A stretch of DNA of 64,000 nt, from sequence record MT161459.1; one strand, written 5' to 3'. Made by a program: the position numbers and the translations under genes. The notes under the pieces were generated by a model. That model saw only the letters and a program-made list of their open reading frames with translations. It did no database searches and was not told the origin of the DNA. Shown here in pieces: positions 63,361-64,000 of the stretch (the first letter of the stretch is position 1; every line of letters begins with the position of its first letter).

Positions 63361-63439
63361 TGCGGGTTGGAGGAGTCTGGTCGTCCTCGCGAGTCTCATA
63401 AGCTCGAGATCGGTGGTTCAAATCCACCACCCGCATCCA
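63361..63439 (+). tRNA. tRNA-Met(CAT), initiator-like
   Basis: CGAGT-CTCATAA-GCTCG, T loop TTCAAAT, CCA end. Confidence 0.85.
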
Positions 63440-63486
63440 ATTTAACGGTGATACGCTACCGTAAGTGCGACTTTGAAATAGTTTTT

Positions 63487-63569
63487 GGTCGATTAACCGG
63501 TAATTGGTAGCCGCGCGGTCTGTAAAACCGTTCTTATGACTCTTGGTTCAAGTCCAAGATCGACCACCA
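63487..63569 (+). tRNA. tRNA-Tyr(GTA)
   Basis: GCGGT-CTGTAAA-ACCGT, variable arm, CCA end. Confidence 0.92.
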
Positions 63570-63643
63570 AATTCCTATGGAAGCTAAAGCCACGAAGGCA
63601 AGACGAGCGTTGAAAGCTATACGCAAAAACCTTCCCGAATTCA

Positions 63644-63718
63644 GGTGCATTAGTATAATGGCTATTATTCGCGACTGTCTATCGCAAGATACGAGTTCGA
63701 TCCTCGTATGCACCGCCA
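63644..63718 (+). tRNA. tRNA-Asp(GTC), copy 1
   Basis: GCGA-CTGTCTA-TCGC, G73, CCA end. Confidence 0.88.
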
Positions 63719-63724
63719 AACAAC

Positions 63725-63811
63725 GGAGAGCTAAGAGATAAAGAGTCTCAGTCCCTCGTAATGGGACCGCTTTACAAGCCTTTCTGGAATCGAAGCCAGA
63801 GCACTCCACCA
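63725..63811 (+). tRNA. Degenerate class-II tRNA-like gene (GUA in loop)
   Basis: GGAGAGC/GCACTCC-A-CCA, GTCCC-TCGTAAT-GGGAC, long variable arm, non-canonical T loop AATCGAAG. Confidence 0.55.
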
Positions 63812-63817
63812 TACAAT

Positions 63818-63894
63818 AGTGATGTAGTTTAGTTGGTTAAAATCCCGGCCTGTCACGTCGGAGAGCGCGGGTTCGAGTCCCGTCATCACTGCCA
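63818..63894 (+). tRNA. tRNA-Asp(GTC), copy 2
   Basis: CCGGC-CTGTCAC-GTCGG, G73, CCA end. Confidence 0.93.
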
Positions 63895-64000
63895 AACATA
63901 GTAGAACGTTGTTCTACTGTTAAATTGCTCTTGATCTTAGAGTCATTCAACAGTACAATAATGAGGTTGTTTATGAAAGATGAATGGCCAGATTTTTAAT

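Overview
This 64 kb window comes from a divergent T4-like (Straboviridae-type) lytic myovirus. (1) 1-3.8 kb: recombination and repair genes (dda partial, YqeY-like, uvsY.-2, uvsY, uvsW.1, uvsW). (2) 3.9-12 kb: accessory block with RNA ligase 2, three tandem small paralogues, two Inh paralogues, HTH, OB-fold, SLOG and RyR-domain proteins. (3) 12-57.8 kb: a nearly contiguous head, neck, tail and baseplate module (gp24-23-22-21-68-67-20-19-18-17-16-15-14-13, extra whisker genes, wac, gp12-11-10-9-8-7-6-25, PAAR, 5.1, 5, 27-like, 53, 48 on the minus strand; gp4-2-54-26-51-29-3-1-57A-57B/Acb1 on the plus strand). Its late promoters mostly read CTAAATA instead of T4's TATAAATA. (4) 57.9-64 kb: a tRNA island with 14 canonical or near-canonical tRNAs, 4 atypical tRNA-like genes, several long ORF-free structured RNA candidates and small ORFs. 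Strongest leads: a U-UUU-UUC -1 frameshift apparently fusing gp26 to a start-less gp51 frame just upstream of the tape-measure gene; a tRNA-Arg body whose anticodon is locked in a 26-nt inserted hairpin; about 800 nt of late-promoter-driven structured non-coding sequence; a ~180-bp palindromic element present twice, each time just upstream of a late promoter; a 42-aa prepilin-like peptide; and a solo HicB-like antitoxin. All assignments were made by eye and from recalled family motifs. No searches were run. T4 comparisons are from memory and need verification.
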